A DNA stretch of 64,000 bases from Candidatus Kapaibacterium sp. (GTDB lineage Bacteria > Bacteroidota > Ignavibacteria > Kapaibacteriales > UBA2268): positions 1,888,001 to 1,952,000 of the forward strand of contig OY762428.1 of the NCBI GenBank assembly GCA_963665665.1, written 5' to 3'. A program made the position numbers and the translations under genes. Below, piece after piece: positions 47,870 through 58,600 of this stretch (the stretch's first letter is position 1; every line of letters starts with the position of its first letter). The notes beneath the pieces are model-generated. The model saw only the letters and a list, made by a program, of their open reading frames with translations. It was not told the DNA's origin and made no database searches.

Positions 47870-48481
47870 CTAATTCCATTCGTTCGGTTTGGTAATCAAC
47901 AGGCCATCTTTTATTAAAAAGGAATGTTCTAATTGGCTGTTTCGTATATTATTTTCACTAATTGTAAAGTAACCATCCGATATATACCTTAATTCAAAAG
48001 ATGACCTTTTCGGAGGAAAAACAGAAATAAATCTTTTTGTCGGAAATAGTTCTTTGGCTCTTCTAATTGCCGGAACAAGGTCGCTATCCCCTGAAATTAT
48101 CAGAGCTGTATCATAGTTATCATTTACAGCATCAGTAAGAATTTCAACTGCAATATTAACGTCTGTTTCTTTCTCCGAAGGTAAATTTATGATGGATTGG
48201 CATTTCGGACATTTAATATGATTGGTATGATATTTTCCAAAATATATTTGAATATTATCTTTCGCCTTCAAAGCTTCAAGATATTTATTCTGTCTTTTTC
48301 TTTTATCTTCAGGATTTTCAATACGGGATGTAAAATACTTTACACTGATTAGTTCCTGCCCTTTTTTCAATAACCTGCAGGACAACTTATACAGATCAAG
48401 CCAATAATATTTCCTGCCATATTTATCCTTTAAGCCAAAATACAGGTTGAATCCGTCAATATATGTAATAACTTTTTTCAT
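47870..48481 (-). CDS. NYN domain (LabA/DUF88, PIN-like) protein
   Basis: YIDGFNLY, EKETDVNIAV, ISGDSDLVP; CPKC insert. Confidence 0.92.
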   Translation of the reverse strand: MKKVITYIDGFNLYFGLKDKYGRKYYWLDLYKLSCRLLKKGQELISVKYFTSRIENPEDKRKRQNKYLEALKAKDNIQIYFGKYHTNHIKCPKCQSIINLPSEKETDVNIAVEILTDAVNDNYDTALIISGDSDLVPAIRRAKELFPTKRFISVFPPKRSSFELRYISDGYFTISENNIRNSQLEHSFLIKDGLLITKPNEWN

Positions 48482-48711
48482 TTAATTGAATTATCAGCTT
48501 GACTTATATCTAAAATTATTTTATTTTGGTATAAAATATAACCCCGCAAAGGATAGTATCCTTTGCCTGACGCTTTCTGCAAAGAAAGCGTTTCTTTATT
48601 AAATTCAATTAAATATAAAAAATACTCAAGATATAATCAAAAGGAAAAATTTAATTTAGTCTTCTTCAACTTTTAATAATATATTGATATATCACTAAGC
48701 AATAATATCTA

Positions 48712-48928
48712 ATTTCTACCCGCCAAAGCAGGGGCTTTGGCAGGAGGCGGTAAACAATTTCTTCTCTGTCCCAAGCCCTGCCTGGGATAGTTGTGAACTA
48801 TAGCAACCCTGTCAATTTGCCTCATTTTCTCACACACTATTCTATTCGGATTTCTACCCGCCAAAGCAGGGGCTTTGGCAGCAGGGGATAAAGGATTTCT
48901 TCTCTGTCCCAAGCCCTGTCTGTGATAG
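48712..48928. repeat. Same repeat: half copy (48712-48790) plus full copy (48791-48928)
   Basis: ACCCGCCAAAGCAGGGGCTTTGGCAG at 48718 and 48856 (period 138). Confidence 0.85.
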
Positions 48929-49116
48929 CCACCTCCCATCTGCTGAATGACTCCGAATATTCCTGACAATTTTCTCATGCATTCTGTCAATAAATAGCAT
49001 ACTTTTTTCCTTTATCATGAAAAATTTAGTAATTTGTAATATCATTGCATATCAGGCAATAATTTCAGGATTAATAGTCTATATTTGACAAGAGGAATAA
49101 CAACAGAGAGAAAACA

Positions 49117-51153
49117 ATGGCTTTTAAAAAAATTATATCAATTATATTAGTAGCAATATCTGCTTATTTAATTTTCGGCTGTGCCGAAGAGAATGAAAAT
49201 CTTGTAAACCCGCCCTCGGCAAGCTCACTTATTCAGATCAGGGTTGTAAATGTTAACAGCGACGGGAAAACGAGGAAACTTGATTTTGAAGGGCTTGGCG
49301 AGTCAGGAGAGGCTGCTCCATTTGCATCTACCGATTTAAAGAATCCTCCTGCCGATTCAACTTATGTTACAGTACTTGCTTCGGGAACAGAGGAGTTCAC
49401 CACTTACAAAAGGGAACGTTTCATACGAAACATTTTTTATTCTTATGTTCCGCTTCCCCCACAAAACTCTGCGGATACCAAAACAGATACTCTGAAAAGA
49501 ATACAAAGCTCATCAACAATCCCTGATGACAGTAAATCGGCTTTTGTAAAATTCTTTAACGCATATCCGGATACAACCGTTACTTTTTCAGTCCGCTCGG
49601 GATGCCAGAACGGTTCTGTTCTGATGTATGCAACCGAATACGGCAGCCAGGTGGCAAGCAAGGAAGTCAGGCCCAAAGATTTTACTTTCACCCTGATGAG
49701 ATATAATAAAGCCGACAGCACGGAAGATGTAGTCGGTTTATATAAGATAGATAACCTTGTAGCAAGGGGTCAGTACTCCCTGATCGTAGCAAAAAATGGG
49801 GATAATACTGAACTGTATTTATTGGATCTGATAAATAGCCAACCTCTTGAAAAACTTGAAGCAGAAGTAAACACTACTGCTAATCTGAAAATAATAAATA
49901 TTGCCAAAAGGGATATTGATTTTAAAATTTCCGATTCAACTATCGTAGAAAACCTGCCTGATCAGACATTGAGTAAAAGTAATGAAATAACAGTTTGTGC
50001 ATCGCTTGATATGGACGAGCTAATGACATATACAAGCGGAACTTCCAATACTTTTGGCAACATGATGTATTCTTTCGAAGTTCTGAAAGATTACACTGGA
50101 ATTGTCTATGATTCAACCGGTAATGGCGACGGGGCGCTTATTATGCTGGAACCGATTTACCTTGAAGATGAGATGGGCGATAACGCTATGGTTCGCGTTG
50201 TAAATACTTCCCTGCATAAGGATATGATAACTGTTTCCCTTGGTGCAAGGATAGACACCAACAGCGTTCTTGAATTCAGGGCAGGGGACATATTTGCCGA
50301 ACAATTAAGTTTCGGTGAGGTTTCCGATGCCATGCTCGTAAAAAGCGGTATTGCCCCGATAGCGGTTTTCACAGGATACGACCCCCGGAAATTATTATAT
50401 ACTTCATATAGTAAAATTGAAGCCGGCAAGGAATATATTGTTATTATTACCGACGACGAAAACGGAGATTATGAGTTAATAATGATAGAGGATAAATTTG
50501 AAAGCAATGACCAAATACTGAATCCTCTTGATGAAGGGATTTTCACCCAGGTGATGAATGCCCTGCCGGGAATTGACGAGGTATCAATTTCAATAACCAA
50601 TTCAGAGGGCATCCAGATTGACGGAGCCATTGCTCACCTGACTGAATCACTTACCACTGTAATTCCTCAGGGACAATCCACTATCAATATAAACGGTAAC
50701 CCAATTGAAGTTGAAGCCGAGGCAGGCAAAAGGCTTATGATTATTGCTGCGGGCCATCCGGATGATATTGATTTGCTGGAATTTAAGTATAGTCCCATTA
50801 CTTCCGATATATCGCAATTGCGGAGAAGATACATAAACGCATCAACGGGCGTTGCCGAGATGAGTGTAAAAATCAATTCCAATGATACTTTAACAGATCC
50901 TGAGGTTGATTATATTTCTTACAGTCAGAGTTCAGGAATAGTCAGTATCGACAGAGATGCAAAAATATCAATGTTCTTTATAGACGCAATTCTGGATGAG
51001 CAGGTGAAACATGACCCTGATGCAGAAGTACGCGAAAGTTCCACGAAAGCTATGCTGGCAGACATCAGCCTTCCATTGGGCAAAGGCTATACTATCATCT
51101 TTTTCGGCGATGAGGAAAACGGTTATAATGCCGTTATTCAGCAGGAATTTTGA
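49117..51153 (+). CDS. Lipoprotein with repeated DUF4397-like domains
   Basis: IFGC lipobox; repeated IRVVN/VKFFNA/VRVVN...Y.(L/I)I modules. Confidence 0.7.
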   Translation: MAFKKIISIILVAISAYLIFGCAEENENLVNPPSASSLIQIRVVNVNSDGKTRKLDFEGLGESGEAAPFASTDLKNPPADSTYVTVLASGTEEFTTYKRERFIRNIFYSYVPLPPQNSADTKTDTLKRIQSSSTIPDDSKSAFVKFFNAYPDTTVTFSVRSGCQNGSVLMYATEYGSQVASKEVRPKDFTFTLMRYNKADSTEDVVGLYKIDNLVARGQYSLIVAKNGDNTELYLLDLINSQPLEKLEAEVNTTANLKIINIAKRDIDFKISDSTIVENLPDQTLSKSNEITVCASLDMDELMTYTSGTSNTFGNMMYSFEVLKDYTGIVYDSTGNGDGALIMLEPIYLEDEMGDNAMVRVVNTSLHKDMITVSLGARIDTNSVLEFRAGDIFAEQLSFGEVSDAMLVKSGIAPIAVFTGYDPRKLLYTSYSKIEAGKEYIVIITDDENGDYELIMIEDKFESNDQILNPLDEGIFTQVMNALPGIDEVSISITNSEGIQIDGAIAHLTESLTTVIPQGQSTININGNPIEVEAEAGKRLMIIAAGHPDDIDLLEFKYSPITSDISQLRRRYINASTGVAEMSVKINSNDTLTDPEVDYISYSQSSGIVSIDRDAKISMFFIDAILDEQVKHDPDAEVRESSTKAMLADISLPLGKGYTIIFFGDEENGYNAVIQQEF

Positions 51154-51263
51154 TCGGAATTGTGAGTTTATATTTACGATAAAAGCCCGTCCTTGCACTA
51201 AGCCGTTTTTTACTGCGACGACATGTAGTCGGGGTTCATGCACGATCGGCAGAGCAGCAAAGT

Positions 51264-51485
51264 ATGTTCGAAAAAGCCGCTTTTCCTGGCGGATACAGGA
51301 ATCTGACAGATTTTGTAATAGCTGCCGTAAGGGATAAAGCAAATGAAATAATTGAAAAGAATGAAAGCATAATTGCCTCGGAAAGAGACAAGGAAATATT
51401 CTTCAGCGCTTTAATGAAACCGCCGAAACCGAACAAAGAACTTTTGGCAGCAAAAGAAGAGTATGATAATCTGGTTTTGGCATAA
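51264..51485 (+). pseudogene. N-terminally truncated DUF1778 (TacA-like) antitoxin
   Basis: FEKAA..GG.RNLTDFV...A..II......SERD...FF.AL..PPKPN..L; RHH beta strand and GNAT toxin partner absent. Confidence 0.7.
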
Positions 51486-51698
51486 ATTGGTTCAATATCC
51501 TGAGAATACAATATTTATAACTACATAGGTTTCGTAAATGAAAATCCTTCTGATAGGAATAATAATTGGCATTACAACATCGAAAACCAGACAGGATTAA
51601 TTATATTCCCTTACGGGCAAATAATATTTCCATGGCAGCGAAATTATGCTTATTTTTGTAAGTTTATTATACTATTGTAGAATTTTGCGAATGTTTCT

Positions 51699-52574
51699 AT
51701 GCTAAAAAGTATGACCGGCTTCAGTAGGTGTGAAGCAAAAGAAAACGGAATTACAGCTACAGTCGAGGTGAAAACTTTGAACGGCAGGTATCTTGAGTTC
51801 AATTGCAGGCTGCCCAGGCAGATAACCCACAAAGAACTCGAAATACGAGAGCAGGTAAGAAAAGTAATGGAAAGAGGCTCGGTTACGATCATGGTAAATA
51901 TCGAAACTGATGATTCTCAGGTTCCATTCGATATAAACATGGACGCTGCCGCCCATGCTTTGGAAAGCCTCGGCGAGCTAAAAAAGAAACTGAAAATTCG
52001 CGAGACAATTAAATTCGATCATATCCTGCATTTTTCCAATCATCTTATGCAGAAAGATGATGATACTGACATCGAAGTGCAATGGAAAGTTGTTAAAAAA
52101 GCTTTGATCAATGCACTTAAGGACGTTGATAAAATGAGGAAAAAGGAAGGCCAGCAAATTGGCAAGGATATTACTGCACGCATGGCAAAGATGCAGGAAG
52201 TCGTTGATGAAATCGAGGGACTCGGACTTGACAGAATCCCTGATGAACGTGAAAGACTGCGTCAGCGTGTAGCTCAGCTCTTCGAAAGTGACGAGATTGA
52301 CGAACAGCGTCTGCAAATGGAAATGGTACTCCTTGCCGACAAATTGGATATCTCGGAAGAGTGTGTGCGTTTGAATTCACATTTCAAATTCTTTGAAGAA
52401 TCAATAATATCTAAAACTCCTTCGGGGAAGAAACTAAACTTTCTTCTTCAGGAAATGCACAGAGAAATCAATACTATTGGCTCCAAAGCCAATGATGCTA
52501 AAATTTCTCAGCTCGTTGTGGATGTTAAAGAAGAATTGGAAAAAGTCCGCGAACAGGTTCAAAACATTGAATAG
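51699..52574 (+). CDS. yicC: YicC family endoribonuclease
   Basis: MLKSMTGF, NGRYLE, DISEE.VRL.SH, GKKLNFLLQEM.REINTIGSK, REQVQNIE. Confidence 0.95.
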   Translation: MLKSMTGFSRCEAKENGITATVEVKTLNGRYLEFNCRLPRQITHKELEIREQVRKVMERGSVTIMVNIETDDSQVPFDINMDAAAHALESLGELKKKLKIRETIKFDHILHFSNHLMQKDDDTDIEVQWKVVKKALINALKDVDKMRKKEGQQIGKDITARMAKMQEVVDEIEGLGLDRIPDERERLRQRVAQLFESDEIDEQRLQMEMVLLADKLDISEECVRLNSHFKFFEESIISKTPSGKKLNFLLQEMHREINTIGSKANDAKISQLVVDVKEELEKVREQVQNIE

Positions 52575-52602
52575 TTATATTCCTATTCATAAGCGAATTT
52601 TC

Positions 52603-52632
52603 AAAAAAACTGTCCATGTGGACAGTTTTTTT
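52603..52632. terminator. Bidirectional terminator
   Basis: AAAAAAACTGTCCA-TG-TGGACAGTTTTTTT. Confidence 0.8.
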
Positions 52633-52712
52633 GCTTTAAGGTCAGATAAAAGTATGGCCCGCTTGAATGGCGGGCCTGTTTCAGGTATTTATTGTCTTTA
52701 TAGTAGTAATTT

Positions 52713-52898
52713 CTAAAATCCCATACCAAATGGATTTTTCTTGGAATCCTTTTTTATCCAGTTATTTAGCACCCTCATAGCCGAGTCGTGGTTTTTTGTA
52801 ATTGCATCGCCAAGATTTTTCTGGATTTTTTTGTCAATCACGGATACTGATGCCAGTTTATCTGTTTCTGATTTTCTTTTAAAAGCTGAATTTCTCAT
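52713..52898 (-). CDS. Small hypothetical protein (61 aa)
   Basis: AGGAGG before ATG at 52898; MRNSAFKRK...AMRVLNNWIKKD. Confidence 0.55.
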   Translation of the reverse strand: MRNSAFKRKSETDKLASVSVIDKKIQKNLGDAITKNHDSAMRVLNNWIKKDSKKNPFGMGF

Positions 52899-53324
52899 AA
52901 TGAACCTCCTTGTTTTTAAAATATTAATGTCCTTACTATATTTATCGGCACTTATATGAAAAGTTTTAGAAAAAATTAAGCTTTTATGAATTATTAATAA
53001 CAAAAAGTGAATTGTCAAAGTTCGATTGATTATCAGTTTATTGTAATTATATTGAATGCATATTTTGTATTTTATAACAGCATCGTATTATCAAAGGCTA
53101 TGGCACTCCGTTTGGCTCAAAACAGAACCCATATTTAATTTAACCTAATAATAATTTTTAATTTACGTATAAAATGATTATCTTTGTACTCTTAATTGGT
53201 TATCCGGTTTACTAACCCGATATAAACTTCTCTCGGGATATTGCTTATTGCTAAAGCGGTTGTAGTTATTGCCGGTTTCCAATATTCTTTGATAAATGGT
53301 AGTAAATTAAAATCGGAGTTTGAT

Positions 53325-55514
53325 ATGTTTTACCACAGAAAGATTGAGGGTATTGATATTACCGAAGGGGCTGAATTAATATTGTCAGACCTGCTGAATG
53401 AAAATCCAAAGCTAAAGCAAATATTTGATAATGCTAAAGATAAAGAACAGGTAAACGGCGAGATAAAAAAATGGGCCGAAGAAGAACTGAAAAAAAATCC
53501 TGATGCCGAAAATTTCTATAACTCCGATAAACCAGACAGAGAAGATTATGACAAACTGATGTGGAAAGATTTTGCCACTATCAGAATACTTGACTACGTT
53601 GAAAACTCCGGCCGTGAATTTGAAAACCCCAATCTGCGCGGCGATATGATCATTAATAATCCTTTTGCAAATCTTTGGCTTGAATATAATAATTCAGCAA
53701 AAGCAGTAAATGTAAATTTCATGAAAGATATGCTGAATTTGTTCAGGCAGTTCAGGGACAATTCAAAGCCTCACCTTCCGAAAAAAGAAACTGTAATGAA
53801 ATGGATGGACCGCCATCACTCCGGATTGGACAAAGACATAATAAAAATTCATGAGGACAACAGGGACAGAATTCTTAATCTGATAATTGACAAAATCGAT
53901 TCAGGCGAGATCGACGATCGAAATTATAAATTTAAAGAAGGAATTTCGCAAGAGGAAAAATTCCGGACAGCTCTGCTATGGTGGCAGGAACCAAAATTTC
54001 ATTTGCGTTTCGCTATCAGGAATGCTGACAGGCTTAATGAATTTCTGGGAAACAACCTTGACGACGAAACAATGGATATCCTTCATGAGGCCGAAAAGCT
54101 CGGGATTCCAATTTTTGTTAATCCATATTATCTTTCTCTGCTGCTTGTAGATTCTGACGATCCTGAAAAAAATTATGACTGGGCTGTAAGGAGTTATATA
54201 CTTTACAGCCGTGAACTGATTCAGGAATATGGACATATAATGGCATGGGAAAAAGAAGACATTGTAAAAGAGGGCGAGCCTAATGCTGCCGGCTGGCTTG
54301 TTCCCGGCAACCACTGCGTTCACAGGCGTTATCCTGAAGTAGCAATACTGATACCTGAAACAATGGGCAGAGCTTGTGCAGGCCTTTGTTCCTCTTGCCA
54401 GAGAATGTACGATTTCCAAAGCGGCCACTTGAACTTCAACTTAGACAAACTAAGGCCTAAGGAAACATGGAAAGAAAAACTTCAAAGGCTACTCAGGTAT
54501 TGGGAGGAAGATTCACAACTTAGAGATATTCTGATTACAGGTGGCGACGCACTCATGAGCTCGGATAAATCCCTGAAGCAGGTTCTCGATGAAGTCTATA
54601 ATATGGCTGAAAGAAAGAAACAGGCAAATAAGAGCAGGCCGGACGGCGAAAAGTACGCCGAACTTCTTCGGGTAAGGCTTGGAACAAGGCTGCCGGCATA
54701 CCTGCCTCAACGTATTGATGAAAATCTTGCAAATATCCTGAAAGATTTTAAAAACAAAGCTTCCAAACTCGGAGTCAGGCAATTTGTAATTCAAACCCAT
54801 TTCGAATCCCCTCTTGAAATTACACCCGAATCAAAAAGAGCCATTGATCTTTTGATTTCTGCCGGATGGATGGTAACGAATCAACATGTTTTTACTGCAG
54901 CATCTTCCCGAAAGGGCCACGCCGCCAAGCTGCGCTCGGTACTTAATCAGATAGGGATTGTTAACTACTACAATTTTACTGTAAAAGGCTTCATGGAAAA
55001 TCATAATAATTTTGCAACGAATGCCAGAGCTGTACAGGAACAACTTGAGGAAAAAAGATTTGGCATCCTGAATGAAGATTTCTACGAGAGGCTGAAAGCA
55101 CTTCCTGACCACAGCGAGGATATTGTAGCTAATATCGAAAAAATTAAAAATGATGCTGACCTGCCTTTTCTTGCAACTGACAGAAATGTATTGAACCTTC
55201 CCGGTGTTGGCAAAAGCCTGACATTCAGGACTGTAGGTATAACTATGCTTGGCCGCAGAATACTTGAATTTGACCACGATGCAACAAGAAATCACAGCCC
55301 GATTATCAATAAGATGGGTAAAGTGATAATTATTGAATCCAAGGCAATTGGTGAATACCTGGCACAACTTGAAGCAATGGGCGATAATATTGAAGAATAT
55401 AAGGATCTTTGGGGCTATTCAATCGGCAATACCGAACCCAGGATGCCAATTTATGAATATCCGGATTATGATTTCGATATAACCCCGGAATATTCCAATC
55501 TTCAGATTGATTGA
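53325..55514 (+). CDS. KamA-family radical SAM protein (long form)
   Basis: HRRYP, CAGLCSSCQR, DILITGGDALM, RLGTRLP..LPQRI, QTHFESP.EIT; start ATG after GGAG. Confidence 0.9.
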   Translation: MFYHRKIEGIDITEGAELILSDLLNENPKLKQIFDNAKDKEQVNGEIKKWAEEELKKNPDAENFYNSDKPDREDYDKLMWKDFATIRILDYVENSGREFENPNLRGDMIINNPFANLWLEYNNSAKAVNVNFMKDMLNLFRQFRDNSKPHLPKKETVMKWMDRHHSGLDKDIIKIHEDNRDRILNLIIDKIDSGEIDDRNYKFKEGISQEEKFRTALLWWQEPKFHLRFAIRNADRLNEFLGNNLDDETMDILHEAEKLGIPIFVNPYYLSLLLVDSDDPEKNYDWAVRSYILYSRELIQEYGHIMAWEKEDIVKEGEPNAAGWLVPGNHCVHRRYPEVAILIPETMGRACAGLCSSCQRMYDFQSGHLNFNLDKLRPKETWKEKLQRLLRYWEEDSQLRDILITGGDALMSSDKSLKQVLDEVYNMAERKKQANKSRPDGEKYAELLRVRLGTRLPAYLPQRIDENLANILKDFKNKASKLGVRQFVIQTHFESPLEITPESKRAIDLLISAGWMVTNQHVFTAASSRKGHAAKLRSVLNQIGIVNYYNFTVKGFMENHNNFATNARAVQEQLEEKRFGILNEDFYERLKALPDHSEDIVANIEKIKNDADLPFLATDRNVLNLPGVGKSLTFRTVGITMLGRRILEFDHDATRNHSPIINKMGKVIIIESKAIGEYLAQLEAMGDNIEEYKDLWGYSIGNTEPRMPIYEYPDYDFDITPEYSNLQID

Positions 55515-55549
55515 ATTTGATCCTTTTGCACTTTTGGGAGAAAAGATTT

Positions 55550-55589
55550 TAAGCCGGCATAATTTTCAGTGCCGGCTTATTTTTTTTTT
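55550..55589 (+). terminator. Intrinsic terminator
   Basis: TAAGCCGGCA-loop-TGCCGGCTTA followed by a T run. Confidence 0.8.
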
Positions 55590-55635
55590 ATCAGTTTAAT
55601 AAAAATCAATTATTTTTGAATTTTGAAAAAATATC

Positions 55636-55660
55636 TGAGACCTTTTACTGCTTTTAGTGT
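55636..55660 (+). promoter_or_regulatory. Putative ECF promoter
   Basis: TGAGAC-N15-GTGT. Confidence 0.55.
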
Positions 55661-55699
55661 TTATACTAATTATTTGAAAATATTTGAAAAGAGGAAATT

Positions 55700-58600
55700 G
55701 TGGGTAATAAAATATTTTATATAACTATGTTGATAGTAATTAATACTTATCTTTCTTCAGCACAGATAGTGATCAATGAAGTATGCCCGAACAACTATGA
55801 AACTTATTACGATGAAGATTATGATACGCCCGACTGGATTGAAATTTATAACAGCGGAGATGAGGATATTAGTATCAAGGATTATCGTATTTCCGATAAA
55901 GATAATTTTACCGAAGCATGGATATTGCCTGATACGATTATTCCCGCCAAAGGCTATATTACAGTTTTTGCATCCGCTAAGGAAAGAAATTCTTCCGATA
56001 ATCTGATCCTTGAAACATCAGGCGAAGGAATGTATTATTCAAGCCACCCAAAAAGTTTTTCTTTCTTATATAATGAATTTGAAGGTGATATCTGTTTGGA
56101 TTTACAGGTTCTATCACTGAGAAATGAATCGGTTGCAGCAGCGGCAGGGCTTGTTATCAGAAATTCACTCGATGACGATTCTGATTTCTGGGGTGTTTTC
56201 ACCATGTCCGACCACAGGTCGTTCGGAGATTATGCATGGATAATCAAGGACGACGGAGGCGTGGTTAATATCGGAAATGAATATCCCGAATGTTATCTGA
56301 GGCTTGAAAAATCCGGCAATATTATTAAGGCTAATATTGTCGATTCTAAAGGCCTGGTTATATCTTCAACCATTTTCGAGGGAAATATATCCGACACTTT
56401 TTATGCAGGAGCAGCTGTTTTCAGTTTCAATAAGAATCAGCTTTCCCAAAACTGTGTAAATAATTTCAGGATAAATGGCAAAGATGTTGAAATTGATTCT
56501 ATGATTTATCAGGATTTTAACTGCCATTTGCCCGGGAATACTTTTTATTCCGAAGAAATACACACTAATTTTAAACTTAGCAAAGACGGAGATGCTGTTT
56601 TCTTATGGAACGATGAGGGACAATTGATTGATAATATTAATTTTAACTACCTTCCGGCTAATGTATCCTTTGGCAGGTTTCCGGACGGCAGTTCAGAAAA
56701 GTATTGTTTTTCTCCGTCAACTCCCGACAATTCAAACCAGAACAACTACCTGGGAATTTCCCCTTTACCTAAATTCTCGATTGCCGCCGGATATTATGAA
56801 AACGGACAAAATGTATCATTATCTGGCGAATTACCAACAGACAAAATTTATTACACGCTGGACGGTGCTGAGCCTGATACAACGAAAGAATTATTTGATA
56901 CTCCTATCTATATTGACACAACAACCGTCATAAAAGCTACATTGGTAAGAGACAGCTATGTCAGCCGGCAATCAATATCCAAAACCTATATTATCGGGCA
57001 AAATTCCAGCCTGCCGGTAATATCATTCACAATTGACCCTTATGATTTGAATAATGAAGATAACGGGATGTTTGTTCACTTGTTCAGCAAATACGAAAAA
57101 AAATCAAGCATCGAATTCTTCGACGATTCATTTTCCGGATATTATTTTTCTAATGCAGGGGTAAAGCCCCACGGACACGGTCCGGCAATAGGTTTTCCAC
57201 AGCATTCAATCAGATTTTATGCCAGGGACAAATACGACAATGACCGGTTTGAATATCCTTTCTTCGGTAATGATCATGCCAGGGATTTTGATAAATTATT
57301 ATTCCGAAACGGAGGCAACGAATGGGGATACTCTCTTATCAGAAATTCCTATTATTCAAGGCTCCTGGAAACAATGGATATTGTTAATGTGGAAGCTCCG
57401 CTTTGCAGGCTGGTAGCATCATACCTGAATGGTGATTATTTTGGCATTTACAGCATGATGGAAAGAGTTGACGAAGAACTGATAAGGGACAATCATAATA
57501 TTCGCAAAGATGATATAAATTTACTTGAAGATCAGGAAAGGCTGCTACACGGCGATAAATTTGATTATATAAAAATGTATGACAGAATATTGGCGCTCGA
57601 TATGGATGCCGCCACTTCTTATAATATTATCGACAGTTTGATAGATATTTATAATTTCATTGATTATATGATATTTAATATTTATGCTGCTAACCACGAC
57701 TGGCCTGAACATAATCGTAAATTCTGGAACGCTCCCGAAACGGGATTCAAATGGCAATGGTATTTAACCGATCTTGACTGGACTACTTCATTTGACTATT
57801 TAACTCAGCCTAACGCAAAAAAACTGCATAGAATATTTTCTAATGCCGATACCTGTTCTGATCCCGAAAACTTCAGGTTTTCCAGGTTCTTTATTCAGCT
57901 ATTGAACAACGAACAATTCAAAAACTTATATATTAACAGAACTGCCGACTTGCTAAATACGATATTAGAATTCGATAATATGGATAAGCTTCTTACTGAG
58001 ATGGCCAATGAAATAAAAGATGAAATCCCCCGGCATCAGGAAAGATGGGAAAATTCAGCAGTTGATTGGGAAAAGTCAATAAAAGATATGAGGATATTTT
58101 TTGATTTGCGGGATAAATATTTAATTGATAATTATATTGAGCATTTTGGCCTGACGGACAGGTCTCATGTAGAGCTGAATATCGACCCGCCCGATGCCGG
58201 AAGAATTCAGGTATCTACAATTACTCCTGATAAATATCCATGGAAGGGCATTTATTTCAGGGACGTGCCCCTTCCAGTAAAAGCAATACCAAACAGCGGA
58301 TATAAATTTCATTCCTGGTCCTTAGCACAGTATAATAATGATAATTTTCACATCCTGCTTCCGGATTCTATAACTATTACTGCTGTCTTCGAAAAAACGT
58401 CCGTAGTTGAAAAATCAGTTGTGATAAATGAAATCATGTATAAAAATAGCGAAAATTGCGACTCTGATGACTGGTTTGAATTATATAATGCCGGGAATAA
58501 TACAATATATCTTAGCGGTTGGAGTTTTACTGACGAAAAAAGCGACCATATTTTTAAATTCGAAGATAATGATACAATCGCTCCCGGCGGGTTCATTGTT

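Noticed and set aside
47729-48928. Integron attC array
   Set aside because: No clear RYYYAAC/GTTRRRY boxes bounding the repeats and no integron integrase in the window.
48709-49045. ORFs with repeated RQGLGQRRN peptides
   Set aside because: Translations of the 138-bp repeat.
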